Origin: a virus
Taxonomy: Duplodnaviria > Caudoviricetes
Direction: 5' to 3' (one strand)
IMG/VR virus record: IMGVR_UViG_3300037515_000119
Location: 1-45,695 of that record
Length of the DNA: 45,695 bases
Shown here piece after piece: positions 8,128 through 17,329 of this stretch (position 1 is the stretch's first letter; each line of letters begins with the position of its first letter). The notes under the pieces are model-generated. The model was not told the origin of the DNA and did no database searches. It worked only from the letters and a program-made list of their open reading frames with translations. Made by a program: the position numbers and the translations under genes.

Positions 8128-8948
8128 CCGAAGTACAAATGAGAAAATACGGCCGATACTTCTGGCCGCCCGACGACCCTGCCGGCGTCAGCCTTCCCGG
8201 TGTCACCATGATCACCGGCAAACTCGACAAGTCCGGGGCGCTGTCCGGTAGCGCGGCGAAAATCACCGCCACCTACGCCGTCGAGAACATGCTCGGCTGG
8301 GAGAACCTCCCACAAGAAGACGCCATCAAACTGATCAAATCCCAGTATCGGGACGAGTGGAACGGCAAAGCCTCTCGTGGGTCGAAGGCGCATTCGGCGA
8401 TAGCCGACTGGATGGTCGCAGAAAAGGCCGGGGACGACGCCCCCGAGGTGGCCGACATTGACATGGTGCCGTTCATCGCCGGTGCTGCCGCCTTCGTCAT
8501 GGACAACGTGAAGAAGATCGGAGCAATAGAGGCCACCGTCTTCAACCTCACCTACAAGTACGCCGGCACGTTCGACATGCTCTGCCAGCTCACCGACGAC
8601 ACCTACGCCATCGTCGACTGGAAGACAGGCGGCATATACGAAGAGGCATCCCTCCAGCTCGCCGCCTACGCCCACGCCGAATTCATCGGCAAACCAGACG
8701 GCACCCAGATCGCCCTCGACCGGGAGATCACCAAAGGGATCGCCGTCCAAGTGCCAGGCGACGGCACCTACACCGCCTACATCACCGAATTCGCCTGCGG
8801 CGGCAAATGCGAACCACGCAAAGAGTGCGCCCCGTTCCGAGGGTTCGTGGGCTTGCGCGGCGTCCAAAAATGGGAGGACCTCACAAAATCCAAGACGTGG
8901 GTTGAGAAACGGAAGGGAGCAGTAGAACCCGAAGACGACGCGGCATAG
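8124..8948 (+). CDS. PD-(D/E)XK (Cas4/RecB-like) exonuclease
   Basis: RGSKAH, YAGTFD, VDWKT, QLAAY motifs. Confidence 0.85.
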   Translation: MTEVQMRKYGRYFWPPDDPAGVSLPGVTMITGKLDKSGALSGSAAKITATYAVENMLGWENLPQEDAIKLIKSQYRDEWNGKASRGSKAHSAIADWMVAEKAGDDAPEVADIDMVPFIAGAAAFVMDNVKKIGAIEATVFNLTYKYAGTFDMLCQLTDDTYAIVDWKTGGIYEEASLQLAAYAHAEFIGKPDGTQIALDREITKGIAVQVPGDGTYTAYITEFACGGKCEPRKECAPFRGFVGLRGVQKWEDLTKSKTWVEKRKGAVEPEDDAA

Positions 8949-8975
8949 AACACAAGACCAACAAGGGAGAACACA

Positions 8976-9443
8976 ATGCCAGAAGTCACATATTCAGAGA
9001 CCAGCTTCGAACTGCACGAGGCCGACGAGTGGTATCCGGGCGTCATCGCCGACATCGAAGACGGCGAGGACTACGGATACGGACCGACCATCAAATTCGT
9101 CGTCCACATCGACGGGGAGATCGACGCCATCAGCGAAGAACCGCGGGAAACATGGGCGATAAGCTCGGCCAAGCTCACCCCCCGCTCCAAGCTCTACGGC
9201 TGGGTGAAGGCGATCGACGCCGAAGTCATCCCTGCCGAAGGCGGCACCCTGGACCTGTCGATCCTGGAAGGCCGCGGCGTCGACATCATGTTCGAGCTTG
9301 TCGAATCGGAGAACGGCACCCGCGACCGGGTAACCAAGATCCGAGGACGCAAGGCTTCCACGATGCGGGAGAAGCAGAAGACGGCAGCCAAGGCGACCAA
9401 GCCGAAAGCAAAACCGACGGTTGAAGACGACGACGTTTTCTGA
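8976..9443 (+). CDS. Putative ssDNA-binding protein
   Basis: Follows exonuclease; acidic-aromatic tail EDDDVF. Confidence 0.55.
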   Translation: MPEVTYSETSFELHEADEWYPGVIADIEDGEDYGYGPTIKFVVHIDGEIDAISEEPRETWAISSAKLTPRSKLYGWVKAIDAEVIPAEGGTLDLSILEGRGVDIMFELVESENGTRDRVTKIRGRKASTMREKQKTAAKATKPKAKPTVEDDDVF

Positions 9444-9448
9444 GCACA

Positions 9449-9769
9449 GTGGGTCACGAACACATCCCCGAGACGGTTCGCATGATCGTCCGCAACGGAG
9501 ACTCACACCTGTTCGATAGGTGCGAGATCTGCGAGACGCGGCTAGGGGCAAACCTACGACACGACGAATACGACATCGAACAGGTACCGGTCATAGCCGA
9601 CTACTCGCTCGATGCCCCGCCGTGCCGTGTTTGCGGCCGTTGAGGTGTGGAACTCCACCACTGGGCGCCACGCGCCCTGTTCGGGGACGAAGCAGAGGTA
9701 TGGCCCCAGGACTTCCTCTGCCGAGCGTGTCACACCCGATGGCATCAGACCATGAACCGGGCAGCGTGA
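9449..9769 (+). pseudogene. HNH-like zinc-binding protein interrupted by an in-frame TGA (9641-9643)
   Basis: CRVCGR*GVELHHWAP...LCRACHTRWH continues in frame to a stop overlapping the primase GTG. Confidence 0.75.
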
Positions 9770-11727
9770 CCGTCTTGCGTGACCTCGCCCAGCAGGCAGT
9801 AGACCACGGGATCTCCGTGGTCCCTGCCCGCATGGACGGCACAAAACGACCAGTCGGAGAATGGAAACAGTTCCAGCGGCGGCTCGCCGTCGGCGACGAA
9901 CTAGACCGATGGTTCGGAGACACCCAGGAAGCCATCGGCGTCATCTGTGGTCGAGTCTCCGGCGGCCTCGAAATGATCGAATTCGAAGGCCGAGCCATCA
10001 AAGACGGCACCTACACACGGTTCCAAGAAGCCATGCTCGCCTCCGGACTCGCCGACCTGTGGCGGCGCATCACCGACGGCTACCAAGAAACCACCCCATC
10101 CGGCGGACTCCACATCTTCTACCGATGCGAAACCATCGAAGGCAACAAGAAACTCGCCCGCCGACGAACCGACGAAGGCGAAATCCAGGTACTCATCGAA
10201 ACCCGCGGTGAAGGCGGATTCGTTGTCATCGCCCCCACCACCGGCAACTGCCACCCCACCGGCCGACCATGGACCCGCACCAAAGGCTCACTCGCCACCA
10301 TCACCACCATCCGACCAGGCGAACGCACCGCCATCCACGCCGTCGCCGAATCGTTCGACACCTACCGCACACCAGAAACCCCCCACAGCCCACCAGTGGG
10401 CTCAGACGACGAACGGCCCGGCGACCGGTACAACAGTCACCCCGACGCCATCCGACGCACCTACCAGCTCCTCAAAACCCACGGCTGGCAACTCGACCAT
10501 GTGGACCGGGACGGAACCAAATACCTCACCCGCCCCGGCAAAAACACCACAGACGGAATCTCCGCCACCCTCGGACACCCCAAAACCGGCGGACAAGGCT
10601 TCTACGTATTCACCACATCCTCAGAATTCGAAGCCGAACGCTCCTACAACCCATTCCAGGTGTACACCATCCTCCAACACGGAGGAGACTACGCCGCAGC
10701 AGCACGCCACTACGCCGTCGAAGAACGCGCAGGCGAACCCGTCTGGGACATCACCACCGGCGCCCCCAAAGAACCACCCCCGCTAACAGAACATCCGGGG
10801 ATCACCCCCATCAACCTCAACGAGGTGATCACCGGCACCTTCGCCGACGAACAGTGGCTCGTTGAACCGATCATCCCCAAGAACCGGCAGACCAGCATCT
10901 ACGCCAAAGGCAAATCCGGCAAGAGCCTCCTCGGACTCGAAATCGCCTGCTCCCTCGCCTCCGGCCGGCCCGTCGCTCACGAACCGGAACGACCAGCAAC
11001 CCACGTCATCTACATCGACTTCGAGATGACCCCGGGCGACCTCCAAGAACGCCTCCTCTCACTCGATCACTCCCCCAAACAAGACGACTGGACCGCCCTC
11101 GAAACCCACCTGCACTACTACCTACTCCAACCGTTCTCACCGTTCGACACCAGAGAGGGCGGAGAACAACTAGTCGAAATCATCCAACATCACGACGCCG
11201 AGCTCATCGTCATCGACACCCTCATCCGCTCCGTCGAAGGCGAAGAAAACTCGGCGGACACCATCAAAAACTTCAACCGGTACACCGGACAGCGGATCAA
11301 AGCGCTCGGCAAAACCCTCGTCAGGGTCGACCACGCCGGCAAAGACGACGGACGCGGCCAGCGGGGCTCATCAGCCAAACGAGACGACGTGGACCTCGTA
11401 TGGCGGCTCAGATCCGAACCAGGAGCATCCGAAGGCGTCACCAACATGCGACTCATCAACGATGCTTGCCGCATGTCCTGGGTACCCCAAGAGATCGTGA
11501 TCCGCCGACACGACTATCCGCTACGCCACGAGATCCCCAAGAAGCAACTCACCGACCGGGAATCGATCGCCTGGCAGTGGCTTGAAGACATCGACCATCC
11601 CGCGGAGATGGGGCTCACCAACACGTGGGAGACATTGAAGGATCGGGCGGACAAGCCCGAGGGGATCACCAGAGCGCACCTTCAGGGTGCGCAGAAATTC
11701 AGGAGGAGGTCGGATGAAACGGCATGA
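9766..11727 (+). CDS. Bifunctional DNA primase/polymerase fused to AAA (RepA/RecA-like) helicase
   Basis: TPSGGLHIFY and GEGGFVVIAP prim-pol motifs; Walker A AKGKSGKS, IVIDT, DHAGK, RGSSA. Confidence 0.9.
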   Translation: MTVLRDLAQQAVDHGISVVPARMDGTKRPVGEWKQFQRRLAVGDELDRWFGDTQEAIGVICGRVSGGLEMIEFEGRAIKDGTYTRFQEAMLASGLADLWRRITDGYQETTPSGGLHIFYRCETIEGNKKLARRRTDEGEIQVLIETRGEGGFVVIAPTTGNCHPTGRPWTRTKGSLATITTIRPGERTAIHAVAESFDTYRTPETPHSPPVGSDDERPGDRYNSHPDAIRRTYQLLKTHGWQLDHVDRDGTKYLTRPGKNTTDGISATLGHPKTGGQGFYVFTTSSEFEAERSYNPFQVYTILQHGGDYAAAARHYAVEERAGEPVWDITTGAPKEPPPLTEHPGITPINLNEVITGTFADEQWLVEPIIPKNRQTSIYAKGKSGKSLLGLEIACSLASGRPVAHEPERPATHVIYIDFEMTPGDLQERLLSLDHSPKQDDWTALETHLHYYLLQPFSPFDTREGGEQLVEIIQHHDAELIVIDTLIRSVEGEENSADTIKNFNRYTGQRIKALGKTLVRVDHAGKDDGRGQRGSSAKRDDVDLVWRLRSEPGASEGVTNMRLINDACRMSWVPQEIVIRRHDYPLRHEIPKKQLTDRESIAWQWLEDIDHPAEMGLTNTWETLKDRADKPEGITRAHLQGAQKFRRRSDETA

Positions 11728-11729
11728 AT

Positions 11730-11905
11730 CCTGGCTATCCCAAAAAAACACGGGATACCCCGCGGATAGGCAAATCGGCCGATTTGGGATAGCGGACGGG
11801 ATAGCCCAAAAACCCTATGGGATAAGGGACGGGATAGCACGGGATAGAAAACCCCGGCGAGACGGGATAACCACCCCCCCCTGTAAGGGGGGTGGTATCC
11901 CAAGC
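11730..11905. repeat. Iteron-like GGGATA array and palindrome; candidate replication origin
   Basis: About eight GGATA/GGGATA copies, inverted TATCCC at both ends, ACCACCCCCC...GGGGGGTGGT inverted repeat, directly after the primase-helicase. Confidence 0.7.
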
Positions 11906-11961
11906 CCACAACGGTGGGGTGTTCACCGGGTGGATTCGGACCCGAAACAGGAGACAGCAGC

Positions 11962-12276
11962 ATGATGCTGGTAGCGGTCATGTTCGACGCTCCGGTCATG
12001 GGGGTTTCCAGACGGTGGCCGAACACGGTCCACGCCGTCGACATGGAGGGCGTGGTGGAGGGCTGGGAGCGCGGCACTTTCAAGTCGGCGTGCGACAAGA
12101 GGGGGCTCCGATTTTGGGGGCATGAGGTTGAGGGTGTGCTGTGTGCCGCGCCGTTCCCCCCGAGGGTGAAGGGGATGCCGGACTCGACTGAGCGCTGCCG
12201 GGAGTGTTGGGTGTTGACCGGGAAGAAGCGACCGCGGGTTGAGTGGCGACAGTACGAGAGGGAGACAGCAGCATGA
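11962..12276 (+). CDS. Hypothetical protein
   Basis: AGGAG SD; CREC motif. Confidence 0.6.
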   Translation: MMLVAVMFDAPVMGVSRRWPNTVHAVDMEGVVEGWERGTFKSACDKRGLRFWGHEVEGVLCAAPFPPRVKGMPDSTERCRECWVLTGKKRPRVEWRQYERETAA

Positions 12277-12425
12277 GCGAATGCGAACAAATCTGTGACT
12301 ACTGCGCGTGGATGGACGCCGCCTATCCCGACGACATTAAGAGTCCTGGTGGGCCGTGCGCGCCTGGCGAGACATGGACGGTGGGGCGAAGCGTGTTGAA
12401 GTGTGTTTGCGGGGAGACAGCATGA
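12273..12425 (+). CDS. Small Cys-rich protein
   Basis: GGAG SD, ATGA-coupled. Confidence 0.55.
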   Translation: MSECEQICDYCAWMDAAYPDDIKSPGGPCAPGETWTVGRSVLKCVCGETA

Positions 12426-12646
12426 GCGTGAATCTGGACCGGCTTCGGGAGGCGATGTCAGAGCTGGACCTCTGCCGCTGCGAGGAATGCGACGAGGCAG
12501 CCAAGGCGCTAGACGCCATTCTGGACGCTCCCCGCGTCTGGTGGTGCGAAGTGACCCGCGACGTCGAGACCGATCCGTCTGAGTGCGACTCCTGCGGCGT
12601 TCGCTGCGGGTGGGTTGTGTTGGTTCCTGTAGAGGGTGAGAAATAG
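12422..12646 (+). CDS. Small Cys-rich protein
   Basis: GGAG SD, ATGA-coupled. Confidence 0.55.
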   Translation: MSVNLDRLREAMSELDLCRCEECDEAAKALDAILDAPRVWWCEVTRDVETDPSECDSCGVRCGWVVLVPVEGEK

Positions 12647-12706
12647 ATGGAGCACGAGCGGATGGATCGTGTGGAGGCGAGGCTGGTAGAGGGTGAGGGA
12701 ACATAG

Positions 12707-12934
12707 ATGGACGGCTCACTACACGATAAGGGCCGTGACTGCGCTCGCACCGAGGAAGTGTTGGAGACCTACCGGAAGCGAGCACTCAGGGCTGAACTGC
12801 GGTTGAGGAAGATGGAAGCGATGCGACCGTTCTTTGTGGGGCTGCGACTCTTCGCTGAAAGGGAGCATGGGTCAGAAAGCTTTATCGCCACTATTGACGA
12901 GATGGAAGCGTTGCTGCTGGGAGGCTCCGAATGA
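12707..12934 (+). CDS. Hypothetical protein
   Basis: ORF with SD; coupled to next gene. Confidence 0.55.
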   Translation: MDGSLHDKGRDCARTEEVLETYRKRALRAELRLRKMEAMRPFFVGLRLFAEREHGSESFIATIDEMEALLLGGSE

Positions 12935-13284
12935 GTGACCGATCCGTCAAGGTTGCCGACGTGCTCCCGACAAGAGCGAAAGACCTGCCCTGGTCGTGGG
13001 TCGACGAAGACCGCAACACTCGGACCCGTCAATGCCTCTGCTGTGGGCGTCCGGGCCACTATCAGGAGATGCTCGAATCTCACATGGCGGAGCACGGAGT
13101 CGAAGGTATGGGCATCGTCGTTGATGAAGGTGGCTTCCTGGGGGACGGGCACCATCGGGTGGTCGCTGCTCTCCGTCTCGGCATTGACAGGCTGCCAGTC
13201 GAATCCTCCGATGATGCTCAGGCCAGATGGGTTAGGGACCACGGTCATGTGGACTGGCATCACAGGAAGTTTGGTGACCGCTGA
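12931..13284 (+). CDS. ParB/Srx-like N-terminal domain protein
   Basis: IVV...LGDGHHRVVAALRLG...LPV motif. Confidence 0.65.
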   Translation: MSDRSVKVADVLPTRAKDLPWSWVDEDRNTRTRQCLCCGRPGHYQEMLESHMAEHGVEGMGIVVDEGGFLGDGHHRVVAALRLGIDRLPVESSDDAQARWVRDHGHVDWHHRKFGDR

Positions 13285-13670
13285 TGCCCCTGCGTGAAGC
13301 CTGGTTGCACGAGACCTATCCGAACGCCATATACCGATGGTGGGTCACGAACAAGGTCATGCGCTGTGACGAGAATGGCGTCGAACTCACCTACAGGCCA
13401 CGCCGACCCGACGACGTGATCTGCGGTGCACGGACGATCCGACCCGGCATCGAAGGGTTCACCAAGCGGTTTCACTTCCGGGCCGATCAGTCGGTCCCGC
13501 ACGAGGTCGTCTGCAACTTCGTCGGGGATCACGGTGAGGCTCCCCACGTTGGGGTTCCTGCCGAGTGCGCCGACATGGAGTGCCGCTGTTCGTCGTATGG
13601 CAGTTACCACCTGGTGATGGTCGGCTTCGCTATCCGACCAGAAAGGAGCGTTGTCGATGAGTCTGCGTGA
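13284..13670 (+). CDS. Hypothetical protein
   Basis: TGATG overlap. Confidence 0.55.
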   Translation: MPLREAWLHETYPNAIYRWWVTNKVMRCDENGVELTYRPRRPDDVICGARTIRPGIEGFTKRFHFRADQSVPHEVVCNFVGDHGEAPHVGVPAECADMECRCSSYGSYHLVMVGFAIRPERSVVDESA

Positions 13671-14181
13671 AGCCTGTAAGCACGGACGATACGAGACGCA
13701 TCATGTGAAGAGGGGCCTCAACTCCCCGTATATGTGCGACGGCAGACGTGTCCTATCTGACGCCGAAGCTCTCAGGGCGCTCCTGTTCAAGCCATGCGAG
13801 GAGTGTGAGGGGGAAGGCCAGACGTTCAAGCCGCTGGGGACAATGGCTCACGACGAGGCCAGTCCCCACTACCTGACCCCAGCGGAAGGGTTCTGGAAGG
13901 GGGAACGTCTACCACCTGGTCGCTACCGAGTGGGCAGCGGCACAGAATGGATCGACTTCGATCTGCGGGGCGAGGACGACGTGCTGACGAATGCCGTCTA
14001 CCTGCCCGAAGTGGAGGACTGGCCGTTCGATGAAGTTCCGCTGCACATCATGTGGACCTGCCCCTCCTGCGGGGGGAGCGGGCAGACACCGAAAGACGGG
14101 GTGGCGGTGGTCGTCGGATACGACGTGCCAGATCAGGTCATCATCCCCCTGTCGATGCTGGAAGGAGACCGAGAGCGATGA
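13657..14181 (+). CDS. Hypothetical protein with DnaJ-type CxxCxGxG motifs
   Basis: CEECEGEG and CPSCGGSG; AAAGGAG SD. Confidence 0.6.
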   Translation: MSLREACKHGRYETHHVKRGLNSPYMCDGRRVLSDAEALRALLFKPCEECEGEGQTFKPLGTMAHDEASPHYLTPAEGFWKGERLPPGRYRVGSGTEWIDFDLRGEDDVLTNAVYLPEVEDWPFDEVPLHIMWTCPSCGGSGQTPKDGVAVVVGYDVPDQVIIPLSMLEGDRER

Positions 14182-14555
14182 GTGAGCCAACCCACGAGTT
14201 CCTGATTGATCTCGACGGGCTCATGTGGTGCGGCGATGAATGCCCCGCGGAGGATGAGCACCACAGAGGCACCCCGCCTGAGACCATCCCCGATTGGGAG
14301 TGGACAGATGAAGGACTGCTGCTGTGGTCTAGCGGTCCGGGGCGGACCCTTTGGACCCACGCTGAGTTCGACGCCATCGCCCGCAAGGAAGGCTATGTGC
14401 GTCTCGACGTGCTGTTGGTGGCCGCTGACGCCGACCTTGTGCTGAACAACGCAAGGTGCGATCTGGTCGATCCGACGATCAAGCGGCAATGGGCGTTGGC
14501 GAGGAAACGGTTGCGGTCCGTTCTCGCCGCTCTCGACCCGGAGGGAGACACCTAG
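14178..14555 (+). CDS. Hypothetical protein
   Basis: ATGA-coupled, AAGGAG SD. Confidence 0.55.
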   Translation: MSEPTHEFLIDLDGLMWCGDECPAEDEHHRGTPPETIPDWEWTDEGLLLWSSGPGRTLWTHAEFDAIARKEGYVRLDVLLVAADADLVLNNARCDLVDPTIKRQWALARKRLRSVLAALDPEGDT

Positions 14556-15029
14556 ATGGCGAAGGCGCGCAGCAAGGTCGAAGAACTGAATCGGTCGGCC
14601 GAACGGGCTCGAGACGCCCAACAGCGGCATATCGCGGCGTTGCAGGCCGACAAGGAACGTGTGAAGGCCCTGCTGCCGGTGAGTGCCCGTGAGAGGCGCG
14701 CCAAGTGGGGGCCGTCAGTGGAGGATTTGCATCGGGTGATTGACGCGGCGTTGGAGGCGTCAGATCCGCAACGGTCCGCGCCGATAGGTGACACGATGCG
14801 AGTATCAGTCCCTTCGTCGGAGGGTGATGAGGGTGCGGCGACACGGAGGATGCGGGAGAAGGCGAACCAGCTGCGCCGGGACATCGGACAGTTGGCCGCC
14901 AGGTATGCGACAGTGTTCGGGGTTGACTTGCCGGATCGTCGGGATTGGTCGGCGCATGTGAAGTGGCATGAGATGCGTGGACGCACCGAGGACGGTTGTG
15001 AGTATTGCGAAGAGAAGGAGGCGAGCTGA
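14556..15029 (+). CDS. Hypothetical protein (helical, C-terminal H/C motif)
   Basis: GGAG SD; HxxWH...CEYC. Confidence 0.6.
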   Translation: MAKARSKVEELNRSAERARDAQQRHIAALQADKERVKALLPVSARERRAKWGPSVEDLHRVIDAALEASDPQRSAPIGDTMRVSVPSSEGDEGAATRRMREKANQLRRDIGQLAARYATVFGVDLPDRRDWSAHVKWHEMRGRTEDGCEYCEEKEAS

Positions 15030-15253
15030 TGGCTGGTTCATATCGACATGCAGTGGACGATGACGGCAAGCTCCAGACAGGCGAGGGAATGCTTATCGCC
15101 ACCGAGACGCAAGGCGATGCCTACGAGACCATCGAGGAAATGTACGGGATGATCTGGTATCTGGCGAACGGGGACGCCGACCTTGTGGAAGAGGCCCGGG
15201 TCAACTGGCAGGTAGGTATTGAGCGTTCGCCGGGGCGCCGGGAGGCTCCATGA
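15029..15253 (+). CDS. Hypothetical protein
   Basis: AAGGAGG SD; TGATG overlap. Confidence 0.65.
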   Translation: MAGSYRHAVDDDGKLQTGEGMLIATETQGDAYETIEEMYGMIWYLANGDADLVEEARVNWQVGIERSPGRREAP

Positions 15254-15315
15254 CCCGCGATGCAAATCGGCGTCCCGTCAGAAAAGAATCCCCAATGACT
15301 ACCTACGGGATACGC

Positions 15316-15344
15316 TTGCATTTCGCGTTCTCGGTCCGTACAGT
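15316..15344 (+). promoter_or_regulatory. Candidate promoter ahead of the SLOG/HNH/terminase genes
   Basis: TTGCAT-17bp-TACAGT in an intergenic gap. Confidence 0.6.
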
Positions 15345-15380
15345 GTGCGACTGGTGGACCTGTCCCCCGAACGGGACACG

Positions 15381-15770
15381 ATGATGAACCGGGTCATCTT
15401 CACTGGAAGTCGACACTTCACGCACCGATGGATGGTTCGATCCGCTCTCCAACACCTCGACCCCGAGACCGACCTCATCGTTCACGGCGACGCACTAGGC
15501 CTTGACACCATCGCCGCCGAAGAGGCCACCAACTTGGGGTTCACTGTTGAGGCGTGGCCCGCCGATTGGAAGATCTACGGCAAGGCGGCAGGACCGATTC
15601 GTAACCAGGCGATGATCGACGCTGGCGCGGACCTCGTGGTGGCGTTCCCATTGGGGGACTCGGTGGGGACTCGTGATTGCATCGCCCGAGCCCTCAAAGC
15701 TCGCATACCTGTTGATGAGCATGAATGGTGGCCGCCGGACCCACAGCAGCCGGACGGGACCCTCGCATGA
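15381..15770 (+). CDS. SLOG-superfamily (DUF2493/YspA-like) protein
   Basis: RVIFTGSR...IVHGDALGLD...ADW...GKAAGPIRNQAM...VAFP...GT. Confidence 0.85.
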   Translation: MMNRVIFTGSRHFTHRWMVRSALQHLDPETDLIVHGDALGLDTIAAEEATNLGFTVEAWPADWKIYGKAAGPIRNQAMIDAGADLVVAFPLGDSVGTRDCIARALKARIPVDEHEWWPPDPQQPDGTLA

Positions 15771-15985
15771 GCACAGAACGCTTCCGCTCCGAGATGCCAT
15801 CGTTCTGGCACGAGGGTCTTCCCGATGAGGAATTGCGTAAGACCCTGGCGTTCCAATGGTGGGACTTCGGCGAGAGGCTCCGCGACCTGGGCTGGGCCTT
15901 CGTTGATTCGCTGCGTCCCCTGTATCGAAGGTTCGGTATCGAGCTGCGTACGGACCCACGGCTGCCGAACGGGACCCCCGCATGA
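15767..15985 (+). CDS. Hypothetical protein
   Basis: ATGA-coupled. Confidence 0.55.
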   Translation: MSTERFRSEMPSFWHEGLPDEELRKTLAFQWWDFGERLRDLGWAFVDSLRPLYRRFGIELRTDPRLPNGTPA

Positions 15986-16188
15986 CGGATGCAGGCCGCG
16001 AGATTATTGCTATCCCGTGCTTCCACTGCGACGGCACTGGCAGTGTTGATTGGCGTGAGGCGAAGAGAGATCCTGGGTTCGTCACGGCCGAGGTTCGCGG
16101 TGTGACCACTACTCCCTGTCCTCATTGTAATGGTTGTGGCGATGTTCCGGCCTTCCGGTTTCCGAGTGGGGACATCCATCCGAACTGA
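15982..16188 (+). CDS. Small CxxCxGxG zinc-finger protein
   Basis: CFHCDGTG and CPHCNGCG. Confidence 0.6.
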   Translation: MTDAGREIIAIPCFHCDGTGSVDWREAKRDPGFVTAEVRGVTTTPCPHCNGCGDVPAFRFPSGDIHPN

Positions 16189-16592
16189 TGAAAGCCAGTC
16201 CGGCAACGACGGCCGACCCCTTTGCGGGGTATCCACACACCAGCGCGCGCATTCACCATTTGAGGTTGGCTGGGCTCGGTCGGATACCCCGCGATCTTCT
16301 AGGGAGAACCATGGTTCTTCGCATCTGCCTGGAGTCCTACTGCAACACCCTCTCCCACCAGGGGAGATGCGAAGCACATCGGGGACGTGACAAGAACCTG
16401 GCCCGGGACCACCTAGACCAGATAGCCCGACGCGACCGCTGGATCTGCCAACTCTGCCACCAACCAGTGAACAGAGTACGAGGGGTACATCCTGGGGCAC
16501 CATCCCTCCACCATGTGAACGGCGACATCTCCAACAACACCCCCGGCAACCTCGCACTCACCCACTTCTCCTGCAACGCAGCAGAACACTGA
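16188..16592 (+). CDS. HNH endonuclease (terminase-associated)
   Basis: RDRWICQLC...SLHHV...NLALTHFSCN just upstream of terminase; start uncertain. Confidence 0.8.
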   Translation: MKASPATTADPFAGYPHTSARIHHLRLAGLGRIPRDLLGRTMVLRICLESYCNTLSHQGRCEAHRGRDKNLARDHLDQIARRDRWICQLCHQPVNRVRGVHPGAPSLHHVNGDISNNTPGNLALTHFSCNAAEH

Positions 16593-16699
16593 CCCGGGGG
16601 ATCTTCGGGGGACCCCACCGCCCCGGGGCAGACAGACATCATCCCCCGGTCACACCCGGCACACACAAACAAGCCAGAACAGCCGGGGACCCTCACGGC

Positions 16700-16860
16700 G
16701 ACACCCCCAACCCCAAACCGATTCCCGAACAACCCCACCGAGGGGGACAGGAACGCAGTGGTGGGGGGGTAGTCGAAAATCACAAGCACGAGACGCTCCA
16801 GACGAAGAGAGCCACCTCTGCGCATATTTTGTCGGGTTCAGACGTTTGAGCCCTCAGCCT
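16700..16860. other. Candidate cos/packaging-initiation region
   Basis: Gap between HNH and small terminase with G-run GGGGGGGTAGTCGAAAA and a switch from C/A-rich to G/T-rich; exact ends not determinable. Confidence 0.45.
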
Positions 16861-16879
16861 TTGAACTTGGGAGGTCCGG

Positions 16880-17329
16880 ATGTCGAAGGGTGGCGCTCGG
16901 GTCCGTTCCGGTCCTGCTCCTGATCCGAATGCCATCCGTCGGGAACGGGACGAGGGGGAGTGGATTGCTTTGCCTCCGGCCGGCCGGGAGGGTCCTGCCC
17001 CGGATTGGCCGTTGTCTACGGCAACGAAGAGAGAGTTGGATCTTTGGCGGTCGGAGTGGGCGCGTCCGCAGGCGGTGATGTGGGAGAGGAACGGTCAGGA
17101 GCTGGAAGTGGCGATGTTTGTGCGGGCTGTCCGGGTGGCGGAATCCGCGAAGGCGCCGACTGCTGCTCGAACGCTGGTCCGTCAGTTGATGGATTCTCTT
17201 GGGATCACGGTTCCGGGCATGAATTCGTTGAAGTGGCGGATCGGTTCGGCTCCGCAGGTGGTGCGGGAACGTCCGGAGTCCGGGCCGTCGGTGAAGGACC
17301 GGCTGAAGGTCGTTCAGGGTGGCGCATGA
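16880..17329 (+). CDS. terS: Terminase small subunit
   Basis: GGAR..SGPAPDPNA.RR, W...W..PQA..WE motifs; GGAGG SD; precedes TerL. Confidence 0.85.
   Translation: MSKGGARVRSGPAPDPNAIRRERDEGEWIALPPAGREGPAPDWPLSTATKRELDLWRSEWARPQAVMWERNGQELEVAMFVRAVRVAESAKAPTAARTLVRQLMDSLGITVPGMNSLKWRIGSAPQVVRERPESGPSVKDRLKVVQGGA

Noticed and set aside
8124-8948. CRISPR-associated cas4
   Set aside because: Stand-alone phage exonuclease next to an SSB-like gene; no array or other cas genes
9641-9643. Genome-wide TGA recoding or selenocysteine
   Set aside because: TGA terminates many coupled genes normally; the position is not a Cys ligand of the motif
11714-11965. Short ORF across the GGGATA array
   Set aside because: Repetitive GI/RD translation derives from the DNA repeats; more likely origin sequence, though it does end at the next gene's start
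1222-12425. Many early proteins ending in -AA as degradation tags
   Set aside because: Largely explained by SD plus GCATGA stop/start overlaps; cannot be distinguished from sequence alone
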